From positions 248,001 through 312,000 of the forward strand of contig JAHDYR010000025.1 of assembly GCA_019828565.1 (NCBI GenBank): 64,000 nucleotides of DNA, in the 5' to 3' direction. Origin of the DNA: Carpediemonas membranifera BICM. Its lineage: Eukaryota > Protista > Fornicata. A program made the translations under genes and the position numbers. Under the pieces are notes generated by a model, which searched no databases, was not told the DNA's origin, and saw only the letters and a list, made by a program, of their open reading frames with translations. Shown here piece by piece: positions 41,901 through 51,932 of the stretch. The first letter of the stretch is position 1. Every line of letters starts with the position of its first letter.

Positions 41901-44900
41901 CTACATGCGGGCCGGGTGAACGTACCCGTATGCAGACGCGCCAGGGTCGGGTGACGCCTGCACGCCGCTCTGGAGCTGAGTGAAGCCGGCCGTCGTGGGC
42001 TGCGGCATCCTACGAGCAGCCTCGAAGTGCCCGTCGGTAGCAGTGAAGCCCGCTCCAGCGAACGACGATGTGTTGGCCGCCGCGAAGTTTGACCTCTGGA
42101 CGGGCGCCGTGAGCGATGCGAGGGCAAAGCGCTTGAACTCCGCCATGAGCGAGTTCGACGCCGAGTCGAAGACATCGTAGTGCTTCTTGCGGTAGTGCCA
42201 TCCAGCGGCGGTGGGGGTGAAGATCTCGTGGTACAAGTTGAGCCAAGCCTCGACGTTGCCGTTCTGCATCATGCCGCCGACCTCGGGTTTCTTCAGCGCG
42301 AGCCAGATCTCAAAGGAGCCGACAAACCTGCGAGAGGCGACGATGACGTACGCGACGGTGGCGGGCTGGTGGTGAGAGAAGACGCGGGAGTAGAAGTACT
42401 CGCCGATGGCCTGCCGCATGCCCTGGGCGGGGTCCTGGTGGTCCGCGAGGTGCGGGTCCGACGCCGCGTCCCAGTAATGGCGGTGCGAGTACACCTTGCG
42501 GTAGTTCTCGACGAGCGGCTCGATGTAGCTGGCGCAGAGGTCATCGATGCCCTCGTACACCGTGTCATCGTGCTCAAACGGGTCCTGGACGACGAGCTTG
42601 GTACCAATGGCGGTCTCGTCCGTCTTCTCGAGCTCCTCGACGTGGATGTGGCGGTACAGCTGATCGGACTCGATCTTGACGGTGATGTCGAGGAAGTAGC
42701 GGGCCGCACGGTGCTCCTCGTGGATGGCTGTACGCCGCTCCCGGTCGTTGTTGTAGCCGTCAAAGGCCGAGGGCCTCACGATGTATGACCCCTTCTCGAG
42801 CTGCATCAGCTTCATGATCGCCTGAGAGCTCGTGAGGTTCTCAAACCGCCCGAACTCGTCGAGGAACTGCCTGGGTATCCAGCGGTGGGTCCCCTCGAGC
42901 GACATCTCGACCCGCCCGACGTCGGTGGCCCTGGACGGCCGGATGAACTGCTGCCGCGTAACACCGCCGATGAAGCGGGCCGACAGCTTCTTGTGGGGCG
43001 GCCGGTGGTCCTCGTACGGCGACGAGCACTCCTCGAGCAGGGCGATGGCGAACTCCTCGGTGATGACGGCCTTGGCGGCGGGATTCTCGGAGGCGAGGAG
43101 GGTTGCGGAGACGCAGATCTCCTTAATGATCTCGTTGAATCTCGGTCTGTCGTCCCGTCGCAGGGACTTGAGGTCGTTCAGGGCACCCTGCCCGGGGCCG
43201 TCGGCCATGGTTTGCGATAGCGCAGTGTACGTCGAGGCCTCGGCGTTGAGGCAGCCGTCGGCGTCACGGTGGTCTTGGAGTGACATGATGTCCTTGTGCT
43301 CGAGGTAGGCCGCGGCGATGCAGTAGGCGGCGTAGTAATCCTTCGTCGTCCGTTCTAGCCGGATAGCGTCGAAGAAGGGGAGTAGCTCGCGGTTGGCCTT
43401 CTGCAACTCGCGCTTATTCCTTGGGCGCCCGGCGTCGTGGATGTGGAAGGTGACGGAGGCGTTCCAGGGGACAATAGCCTCTTCCGCCATCATGTTGGCC
43501 TGCAGGAAGATGCTCTGCACAGTGGGGGCGGCGTGCGGCAGGTAGTGGAGCACCGCCTTCGCCTTGAGCGGCCCGAGGCCCGGGATGAAACGGACGACTG
43601 CCCGCTCAAAGGCGCTGCTGCCCAGGGCACGGCGGGCCTCCACACCGACCTTAGCGACGGAGTAGACGAGCTCGTCCTCCAGCTCCGTGTACAGGGTCGA
43701 AGACGGAACCGTGGACTGCAGCTCGTGCAGGGGGAGGCACATGGCGTCGTCGGCACTGCCCATGACGGTGGCGAGGGCCGCAAGGGGATTCAGGACGGAT
43801 ACAGCGAGGAGGAAGGCGCGGCGGGAGGGTGCGTCCGGGATCATCTCTGGGACGGCGGAGCGGACCCGATTGGACGCGGCCATGATCTTGGCGAGCGTGC
43901 CGTCGGCCGATATGATGGCGGGGCTGTTGATATCCTGTGCTGTGTACAGCTTGGTGTCGCCGAGGACCGAGTTCAGCGCCACGCCCGAGTACTCTAGATA
44001 CCGTTCGATGGGCTTCTCGATGAGCTCGCGGATGATGTCCGTGTTGCTGCCGATGTCCTCGATGGCGATGACGGACGGCCTACACTTGGCGTCGATGAAG
44101 CGGATGAAATCGAGCAGGTCCTCTGCGGCGTATAGCTTCTCCTGCTCTGACCGGCAGTGGTGGATGTACCCGAACCGGCGGATGTCGATCGGCTCACCGC
44201 GGCCGTTGATGCAGACGGCGATCGTCGAGTCCGTGTGCGACTCCGCGGGGACAACCGCGACGATCCGCTCCGAGTTGCGGTTGTACGAGTGGGAGCTGGC
44301 ACCGCTGCGGGCCCTGCTCTGCTCGGCGTCGAAGGCCGACCACCCCTCGGGTCGGGGCGGCCTCGTGTCGATGTACTGGGTCAACCGCTCGCGGCACCGC
44401 GCTGTGATGTAGCTGCGGGAGGCGGCCAGCAGCAACGACCACACCTCTCGCCTCATGCGGCGCTGGACGAGGAGGCCCGCGTCGTAGTATGCGAGCATCT
44501 TCAGCCTCTGGAAGCTGAGGGCAGTTACCTCGTCGCGGCACTTGTTCTCACGCCACGCGGCGAGGTTCTCGGACCCGATCTCGGCCTCCACGCGGTCGAA
44601 CATGAAGTGGAACCGGTCGCGGTGGAAGCGTTCGTCTTCCGCAGTGAACATAAAGCGCTCCCGCTCCTTGGCGCTGCGGTTCTCGTCCTTGAGGTCGTAG
44701 AACTCGTCCGCGGAGACGACCTGGATGGAGACGAGGCCGTTCTTCTGAGCCTGGTCGAGTCGGGCGACAAGCGTGGCCGGCCACATGTCGATGTCTCTCT
44801 GCGCGCACTTGTTGCGGACGTTGACGATCTCGTCGAGATCCTCGCCCGACAGCTGGTTGCTCCGTGCGAGGGCTATGGCCGACCGGTCCGGCTCGTGGCG

Positions 44901-46424
44901 CCAGTACGGCTCGAGCAGCCTCGTCGCGGGGAAGCGGACGGGGTAGAACTCGGCCCAGGGGAAGGGCTCGTCCCTGCCGTCGACCTCGTCGATCATGCGG
45001 TCCACGCGGACATACCGCTGCTGGTAGCCTGCAAACGAGACGTCTCGGTCGCGGTGGCGGAAGAAAATGTCGCTGAGCTCGTGGGTCTCGGTGACCGTCT
45101 TCTTGCCCTTCTCTGTGAGATACACCAGCACTTGCGGCGAGCGACGGAAGTACGTCCGCGCCTCGCGAACGACATCGGGGTGGACGGTCAAGAGCTCTGT
45201 GGCTGCCTCGACGAGCCTCGCCTGGAGCTCCTTGTCGTCGTTGATGAAGTACCGTTCGTTGGGGTGCGCTTCAGCGCGGGCCTGGAGGGGGTGGGGGTCA
45301 ATCATGGGCAGCGAGAGGTCGGATGCCTTGGGGTTGACCATGATGGTGCGGTCCAGGATCCCGTGGCCCTCGGAGAGGTACTGTGAGAGACATCCGACGA
45401 AGTTCTGCAGCATGGACTGGTGCTCGGAGCCGGGCCTGGTCGTGTGGACGTCGGGGACGATGAAGAAGAGCGTCCTGAGCAGGTTCTCCTGGTCGAGGAG
45501 GTTCAGGGCCCCGCGGTGTTGCCTTTTGTCCCCAGCCGTGGGCATCGACACGGTCGTGATGAACCGGATGAGGTCGTGGGCGTCCTCGGGCGCCGTTACA
45601 GGGCCAGTCACCTCGGCCCGCTGCTCGGCGTCCTCGTAATCTAAGAGGCGGAGGTTTGAACCGACTGCCTCGTCGTATGTTTCAGCCAGGTGCTCATAAA
45701 ACGCCTTAAGCCGCGGTAGGACGGCCTTTGCCCTGTCGATCTCCCGCCGCAGCCGGAGGTACCGGAGGTAGTAGTTGTGGATGTGCCGCACCATCTTCTC
45801 GGTCAGGGGACGCAGCTCCGCCTTGTCCGCCACCGCTATGTCGAAGGCGATGATCTTCTGGGGCTCCAGGCCACTCTCGAAGAGGGCAAGGCAGTGCTTC
45901 ACCGCATTGTTGATCTTCGACACGCGGATCTTGTCACCGGGGCCGTAGATCGTGGCCATCTCCTCTTCGGAGATGTACGATGTCGGGATGGTGAGGTAGT
46001 CGCGCTCCTCGTCGTTCAGGGACCAGCGGTGGAGGGTCATGTCTGTGTGGTAGTTCGGGACCCCGTCGCGGGCTTCATGAATGGTAATATTCGGGAATGC
46101 CATCGCTAGAACCCACTCCTCCATGGCTGTTCTTTCATTCTTGTCCTTGACGGCGTCGTTGTGCTTCCAGCCCTTCTTCACTCCGACAAAACCTCGCCGT
46201 TGCATCCGCTCCGGGATATCTTTGTCGATGATTATCTTTTCCGCTTCCGCTACCTCTAATTCTTCCGCCTCTTCCGCCTCTACAGCTTCTCCCTCCTCCT
46301 CCTCGTGCACGTCGTCGTTCATATCCAAGTCTTCCATGTTATCGATGTTGTCGTAGGCGTCAAAGTCATCGAATTCATCCTCGTCATCGTCAAGGATACG
46401 AGGCCTTTTCGAAACCGAGGACAT
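41901..46424 (-). CDS. SPT6: Transcription elongation factor Spt6
   Basis: Acidic N-terminus, DIPERMQ, YqgF/HHH region (LPLHELQ, FIPGLGPLKA), C-terminal tandem SH2-like region (YIVRPS, YRHIHVEE, YEGIDDL). Confidence 0.92.
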   Translation of the reverse strand: MSSVSKRPRILDDDEDEFDDFDAYDNIDNMEDLDMNDDVHEEEEGEAVEAEEAEELEVAEAEKIIIDKDIPERMQRRGFVGVKKGWKHNDAVKDKNERTAMEEWVLAMAFPNITIHEARDGVPNYHTDMTLHRWSLNDEERDYLTIPTSYISEEEMATIYGPGDKIRVSKINNAVKHCLALFESGLEPQKIIAFDIAVADKAELRPLTEKMVRHIHNYYLRYLRLRREIDRAKAVLPRLKAFYEHLAETYDEAVGSNLRLLDYEDAEQRAEVTGPVTAPEDAHDLIRFITTVSMPTAGDKRQHRGALNLLDQENLLRTLFFIVPDVHTTRPGSEHQSMLQNFVGCLSQYLSEGHGILDRTIMVNPKASDLSLPMIDPHPLQARAEAHPNERYFINDDKELQARLVEAATELLTVHPDVVREARTYFRRSPQVLVYLTEKGKKTVTETHELSDIFFRHRDRDVSFAGYQQRYVRVDRMIDEVDGRDEPFPWAEFYPVRFPATRLLEPYWRHEPDRSAIALARSNQLSGEDLDEIVNVRNKCAQRDIDMWPATLVARLDQAQKNGLVSIQVVSADEFYDLKDENRSAKERERFMFTAEDERFHRDRFHFMFDRVEAEIGSENLAAWRENKCRDEVTALSFQRLKMLAYYDAGLLVQRRMRREVWSLLLAASRSYITARCRERLTQYIDTRPPRPEGWSAFDAEQSRARSGASSHSYNRNSERIVAVVPAESHTDSTIAVCINGRGEPIDIRRFGYIHHCRSEQEKLYAAEDLLDFIRFIDAKCRPSVIAIEDIGSNTDIIRELIEKPIERYLEYSGVALNSVLGDTKLYTAQDINSPAIISADGTLAKIMAASNRVRSAVPEMIPDAPSRRAFLLAVSVLNPLAALATVMGSADDAMCLPLHELQSTVPSSTLYTELEDELVYSVAKVGVEARRALGSSAFERAVVRFIPGLGPLKAKAVLHYLPHAAPTVQSIFLQANMMAEEAIVPWNASVTFHIHDAGRPRNKRELQKANRELLPFFDAIRLERTTKDYYAAYCIAAAYLEHKDIMSLQDHRDADGCLNAEASTYTALSQTMADGPGQGALNDLKSLRRDDRPRFNEIIKEICVSATLLASENPAAKAVITEEFAIALLEECSSPYEDHRPPHKKLSARFIGGVTRQQFIRPSRATDVGRVEMSLEGTHRWIPRQFLDEFGRFENLTSSQAIMKLMQLEKGSYIVRPSAFDGYNNDRERRTAIHEEHRAARYFLDITVKIESDQLYRHIHVEELEKTDETAIGTKLVVQDPFEHDDTVYEGIDDLCASYIEPLVENYRKVYSHRHYWDAASDPHLADHQDPAQGMRQAIGEYFYSRVFSHHQPATVAYVIVASRRFVGSFEIWLALKKPEVGGMMQNGNVEAWLNLYHEIFTPTAAGWHYRKKHYDVFDSASNSLMAEFKRFALASLTAPVQRSNFAAANTSSFAGAGFTATDGHFEAARRMPQPTTAGFTQLQSGVQASPDPGASAYGYVHPARM

Positions 46425-46457
46425 TGAGGACTTCGGCGAACTTCGGCTCGCGCTAGT

Positions 46458-46475
46458 TTTTTTTCATGAAAAAAA
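46458..46475. promoter_or_regulatory. 18-bp perfect palindrome T7-CATG-A7 just upstream of the Spt6 start
   Basis: TTTTTTTCATGAAAAAAA read directly from the sequence; function is inferred only. Confidence 0.4.
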
Positions 46476-47265
46476 TGGGCTTAACCTGCGTCCCTGTGAC
46501 AGGGGCTTCTGCGGCGCAACAACGGGTCATGAGTTTACATAGCTCGGTCCGCATAAGGGATGGGATCGTGCCTGATGAGAAATATGGTCAGCGTAGTCGA
46601 ACAACATGTGAGTTCAGCTGAGCTTTGATTGATTCGTGTAAGGATGGTCGGACAGCCTGGAAATAAATCGTGCGGTGATATACTACTAGCCTATCTCAGA
46701 ATCTGATGCGATCTTGCTCTAATCGGGCCTGGGTGAGTCGGGAATGGTCAGGGAATCGGAGACATGCGCGAAGATGTTTGTCAATCACTGCAAGAGCGGC
46801 TTGGATCACTCGCTATCAGCATATTTCTTCTTCGCCGTGAATAGCACACGCCCTGGCTCCTTGATTGGCACGGAATGCTCTGCTGACTTTGATTTGACAG
46901 GATCCGTTGGCGGCGGAGGATAGTAAATGGAGCATACCTTCGAAGAATTGCATGATTCGATCAGTACATGCTTTGCTCCAGTTTCAGAATCAATGGTTTC
47001 GATCGTGGTCTCACTGCTCATCGATGATAACCTCGTAAACTGCACCCTGCTGGGAACGCCCAGACCAACGCTTACAGCGCAGTTTTTCAGGTGGAAGAGG
47101 AAATTGTGTCTTTACCGTTGCTACAGAATCATAAAGATTGTTTCATCATTCGTTGTTAAGACAACCCAGCAAGTCGCCATTTACAATCTTGGTGGGTCTA
47201 CGCTCACATCTCCCACAGGCGCCCCATGCTGTTCCAAGCATCAGCTCCGGTATCTTATCTTCCGC

Positions 47266-47682
47266 TCACACCGAGACGGCGGCGCGAGGGAAGGCCTCCT
47301 CGACGGACTCGCGGACAAGACCGTACATGGCCACGCCATGCCTGATCTTGGCCTTGTCGAGCCATGACAGGTGGCGCTTGGTGTCGAGTCGGGCGTTGGG
47401 CTGGGAGAGGATCGACTTCTTGAAGACAAGAGTCGTGATCGTCTTGGCGAGATAGCTGAACTCTTGCTCGTTGCTGTTGTTCCTGAACTGGTTGAAGACG
47501 GCATTGCCAAAGTCTTCTTCACTGTGTAATTCACAAATGATTGATACGTACGAAACTGAACATTCGTTCTCAGTATCGGGCTTAGGAGGGCATTCAAGAA
47601 CCTCCATTGTGGGCATAGGTTTGCTTGCTGTTGCATTAGCGGTCGGCTTGCTTGTATTCGAGCCCATCTGTGACTTGTGCAC
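47266..47682 (-). CDS. Small protein, or terminal exon of the upstream gene, with an SRI-like helical motif
   Basis: EFSYLAKTITTLVFKK...KAKIRHGVAMY loosely resembles the Set2-Rpb1-interacting domain. Same frame as ORF 47719-49011. Confidence 0.45.
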   Translation of the reverse strand: MHKSQMGSNTSKPTANATASKPMPTMEVLECPPKPDTENECSVSYVSIICELHSEEDFGNAVFNQFRNNSNEQEFSYLAKTITTLVFKKSILSQPNARLDTKRHLSWLDKAKIRHGVAMYGLVRESVEEAFPRAAVSV

Positions 47683-47718
47683 CCTTATTTATGACGGATA
47701 TAAATCAAACTGGCTCGT

Positions 47719-49322
47719 TCACCTCGCCCGTCTGCCCTTGACCCGATATGTCGTCCCTCTGCCCTTCTTGCGCTTGCTAGGCCTGACTCTCTTCCGCCTA
47801 GCCTTCCCGAGTTCCCTTGAAACATGCTTCGTTCTTCTCACGACCCTAAACTGTGTGTCATACAACTGCAGCAGGGTCGGAGCCAGCTCTCGCACCGCCA
47901 TGTACTGCAGGTCGTGCTCCGGGGCGGGCGAGGGGGCCTCTGAGTCGGTCTCGTACACGTCTCGATCGATGAGGACCTCTCGTACTGGCCAGGCTATGGC
48001 CTCCAGCTCCGGCTCATCATTTGATTGCTCCTTATGATCTGACTGGGGTTCAGCGTCGGATGGTGTGAGCGGCACGAGGGTCGGCGTGGGGGCGGGCTGG
48101 CTGTTGAAGTCGAACACGGCCTCCTGCCCGAACTCCGGGCCCGGGCTCTGGACCATCCCGGGGGTGGGCTCCAGCATGGCCTCGTCCTCGGGCACCTCGC
48201 CTTCATCGTCGGCGTCTACGATCTCCACAGTCACATCGAGGTCATCCATCTCGTCCAGGTCAGATGCGGCTTCTTCGTCCTCGAGGCCGGCCAAGCGATC
48301 GAGTCTCGGGTCCGTGGGTGGGGGTGACTCGACAACCGACTCGGTGAGGGGCGGGGTCAGGGTCGACGGCGTCGTCAGGAGGGCGGGCGTGATGTTCTGG
48401 GGCTGGGCCTCGAGGCTGACGTTCAGCGTCGAGTCCGGGCTCTCCTCGAGCGAGCGTGCGATGGGCGTCAGCACGGCTGGGTCTGGCTGCATGATCTCGG
48501 AGGGGTCAATTGCCGAATCCTCCTGCTCGGACTCGCTGATGGACTCCGTGCTCGTCATGTTCGAGCTGTCAGTCTCCTCGGAAGCGTCAGACTCGGAATC
48601 GCTGAGCTCGTCTTCCTCCTCCACCAGTTCACTCGGCGTGCCCTCTGCTATGAGGGAGAGCACGACGGTCTCATCGCCCATGGGCTGCGCCGGGCTGACG
48701 GCAAGGCCCAGGTCATCCAGCGGGACAATATCTTCTGCCTCGGACTCTGGCTCGACTATGCTGCTGGGGTGCGTGAGCGGGGCGAGCGGGGTCCGGGTCG
48801 ACCGTACGTCTGGCGTGGCTGTGTGGGGGGTGGGCGGCTCCGTCTTGGTCGCGTCTTCGAGCAGCTGGATGATCGGAGTCTCCATGGGGGTCTCACCTGC
48901 GAAGTTCTTGAGCTCCTCGGTGGTGTAGCGAGGGGTCAGGGCTGAGTCTGGTGTCAGCATGAGAGACTCCTCGCCGATCGGGGAAAGAACGGGATTGAAT
49001 TTCGGACGCATGAACGAGGCAGCGCGAGCTGATAGACGCTTCTTCCGCTTATTGCTGTGTGAGGTCGGGCTGGAGGATGCTGATGCACAAACTTTCGCTG
49101 CTTAGGAATGTGGGCGAAACGTCGCCGCAATGCTTCTGCAACGTTCTCATTATTGAGATTCGGTGCATTCATGCTCCTGTTGTCGCGGTTCTGATCATTA
49201 AACTGACTCTGAGGATTGTGCGGTGTTGTTTGCGCTCGTTTGCCCGTATAAGTGATCGCAATCGAGATTTCAGGGGACCGAACTTCATCCACAAGCCTAG
49301 TTAGCGACTTCAGGGGATCCAT
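47719..49322 (-). CDS. Disordered acidic/Pro-rich protein with a basic C-terminal tract (intron 49055-49092)
   Basis: The GTTTGT...CTCACACAG intron joins the MDPLKSL exon to ORF 47719-49011. Many SP/TP sites; ends KARRKRVRPSKRKKGR. Confidence 0.7.
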
Positions 49323-49795
49323 ACGTTTCGATCCTCTGTTTGGCGGTTCAAGCTGGCGACGAAGGCTCCGGCATGCAATGCAAAACCCGCCAAGTGGCAA
49401 ACCTGCGCATGGCCCAATGGCACCGCGTCATCAGTGTCTGAACACGAGGGCGCCTGTTAGCAGTCAAACTACGGATAGACCCGTCCTCAACCAGACCTGC
49501 CTGTCGCCAGCGACGGCTGCTGAAAAGTCCAAGGAGGGCACTTCACATCACGCATGCCGTCCACACGAAAAAAATTAACAGGACTCCCACTGCTTTTTTG
49601 GCAGTATACATAACCGTAAAGGCCTCATGTATTGGTATTTTTTCCTGCGCAGAAAAAAAAACAGCTTGAGGAACCGGTTGCTTGTTTGTTTCCCGTACCT
49701 CTGCATCGTCTTTGGGCATCATTTTGGCTTCTTATTTGCCCTCAAAGCGATCATCGCGGAGGAACTCCCGCTTTCCATCCCTCTAACACAGCGAT

Positions 49796-50353
49796 ATGGA
49801 CTCTTCTCTCACCGTCAAGATCCCCGAGGGCGTTCGCATTGAGTGCGGTCGCCGTGTCGTCCGCGTCTCTGGTCCCCGTGGCCAGCTTGTCAAGAGCTTC
49901 AAGCACGCCAACGTTGAGCTCAAGTCCAAGGCCGACGCCATCGTCGTGACCACCTGGTTCAACAACAACGCCCAGCTTGCCCTCCTCCGCACTGTGGCCT
50001 CCCACATCCAGAACATGATCACTGGTGTCACCAAGGGCTACCGCTACAAGCTCCGCTGCGCCGCTGCTCATTTCAACATCGTCTCCACGATCAACGAGAA
50101 GGAGCGCACTGTTGAGCTTCGCCATTTCCTTGGTGAGAAGATGGTCCGCGTTGTCAAGCTCCAGAACGGCGTCACCGCCACCCGTGACCCCAACTCCAAG
50201 GACGGTATCGTCCTCGAGGGCAACGACATCGCCGCCGTCTCCCAGACCGCTGCTTCCATCCAGCAGTGCACTCGCGTCCGCAACAAGGATCTCCGTAAGT
50301 TCCTTGATGGTGCCTACGTCCAGGAGCGTGGCCCCATCCCCGACGAGGAGTAA
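49796..50353 (+). CDS. RPL9: 60S ribosomal protein L9 (uL6)
   Basis: VSGPRGQL.KSFKH, SHIQNMITGVTKGYRYKLR, FLGEK, RVRNKDLRKFLDG.YV; strong codon bias. Confidence 0.98.
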   Translation: MDSSLTVKIPEGVRIECGRRVVRVSGPRGQLVKSFKHANVELKSKADAIVVTTWFNNNAQLALLRTVASHIQNMITGVTKGYRYKLRCAAAHFNIVSTINEKERTVELRHFLGEKMVRVVKLQNGVTATRDPNSKDGIVLEGNDIAAVSQTAASIQQCTRVRNKDLRKFLDGAYVQERGPIPDEE

Positions 50354-50415
50354 GCCATAAACTTCTTCCGGAGACTCTCTCTTTAAACACCACTTTTATT
50401 GTCACAATAATCCAG

Positions 50416-51749
50416 CTAGACACTGCCACGTCGCCGCACCATGCGTATGTTCTTCTGCTCCTGACGTATTGTCGCCGTCAGATCCATGGGGATGAGCATG
50501 TCATCGGCAAATCGCCCAGTCGCCCGTGCCCGCATCGAGAAGGCGGGGGAGCCGGCGATCGTCCCGATGGAGAGCGGTGAGCCTGCCAGCGGGTCCTGCT
50601 CGACGACGCCGGTCTTCTTACTCGGGATGAGGGAGGCGAGGACGGGCTCGTCGATGGTGAAGATGACGTCCAGCAGTGATGCGATCTTCAGATACACAGC
50701 CCCGATGTCGGGCGAATCATATTCGGTGAAACGGTCCATGACAGGCGTCACGCGTCGGTAGCAGGAGTCGCATAGCACACAGAAGTCCTCGGATCGACTG
50801 AAGGCCCGCATGCTGACATGTTCGAAGACGAGGAGGTAGTGCAGGTCGACGGCAAGCTGCACAGTCAGCTCGAGTCGGACTATGTGGCGGCGGAGCTTGA
50901 GCAGGTCTGTCCTCTTGTCGTGGAGGCCGCGGAACTGCCATTCACTGTGTAATCAAATGATTGGTGACTTACGCAAGTTGAGCGTCACACTCGAGAAGGT
51001 ACGATGAGATATTGGATAGCACTCCTCGACTTGCCTTTGGGCCCTTCAAGACCGTCTGCGGGATGTTGGCGAGCACGGCGGACTCCAGTGTCCCTGCCGC
51101 CTTGTGGAAGAACCTGCTGGTGAACAGCGACGGCGATATGAGGTTGAGGACCAGAGCTGTGAGAACGGCGAGGGTGATGCCACCCATCCGTGTTACGATG
51201 AGGAAGAGTGGCGTGCTCCACTGCGCCACGTAGATCTGGACATAGACAACACCGAACGCCGCTGCCACCAAGCCCCCGGGGAAGTGGAGCATGACACATA
51301 TGGCGTAGGCGATGATGAACCCGAACGGGATGCCGATCCAGATGGGGGCGCCGGCGAGGACGAAGATGAGGCCGACGATGACACCAACGAAGGAGCAGAT
51401 TATCGTGGAGTACGCCCTGTAGATGGTGCTGAGGAAGGACGGCGCGAGTACAGTCAGGAAGATGATGGGCGTTGTGATCTTGTCTGCGTGAGGTCGGTGA
51501 AGCAAACTTACCAGTGTTGTTGACGAGCTCATTGAGCACGACGAGGAATAGTAAGCCAATAAAGAGCTGAAGGAAGTAGAATAGCCGGGATATGTTCAAG
51601 ATGAGCCGGATCCGGCCCCACACGGCGATGATGAGCCATACCAGCCCGTGGACGTAGCCGTGGAACAGCGCGTAGGAGTACTTAAATGTACCCTCCAATG
51701 CTCGTCGTCCATGCTGCGGTCTGTGTGCCTGGAATGATGCATGCGGCAT
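50416..51749 (-). CDS. FUSC / aromatic-acid-exporter-like membrane protein (introns 51484-51511, 50945-50972)
   Basis: Two 28-nt GTAAGT introns join three listed ORFs into one frame. About 6 TM helices with LAPS..ST, GVIVG and TRMGGITLAVLTALVLNL, followed by a helical soluble domain. The 5' end is uncertain. Confidence 0.7.
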
Positions 51750-51932
51750 GAACCATGGAACGGTGTCACCAATGCCATCCGTCGAGTCAAGTCGCGGTGT
51801 CGGATACCGGCGGATAACAGGGTGTGACTGGATATAGCGGACACGGTTCTACTCATCCCCGGTCTGGCCTGGGCGATCCTGGGGCCTGGGCAGGATCCCG
51901 CAGGTTATGTCACTTCACTCTGGATGACGCTC

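Noticed and set aside
46806-47045. 79-aa ORF with VLIESCNS, reminiscent of SelH/Rdx
   Set aside because: No in-frame UGA at the CxxU position, no further similarity and weak codon bias.
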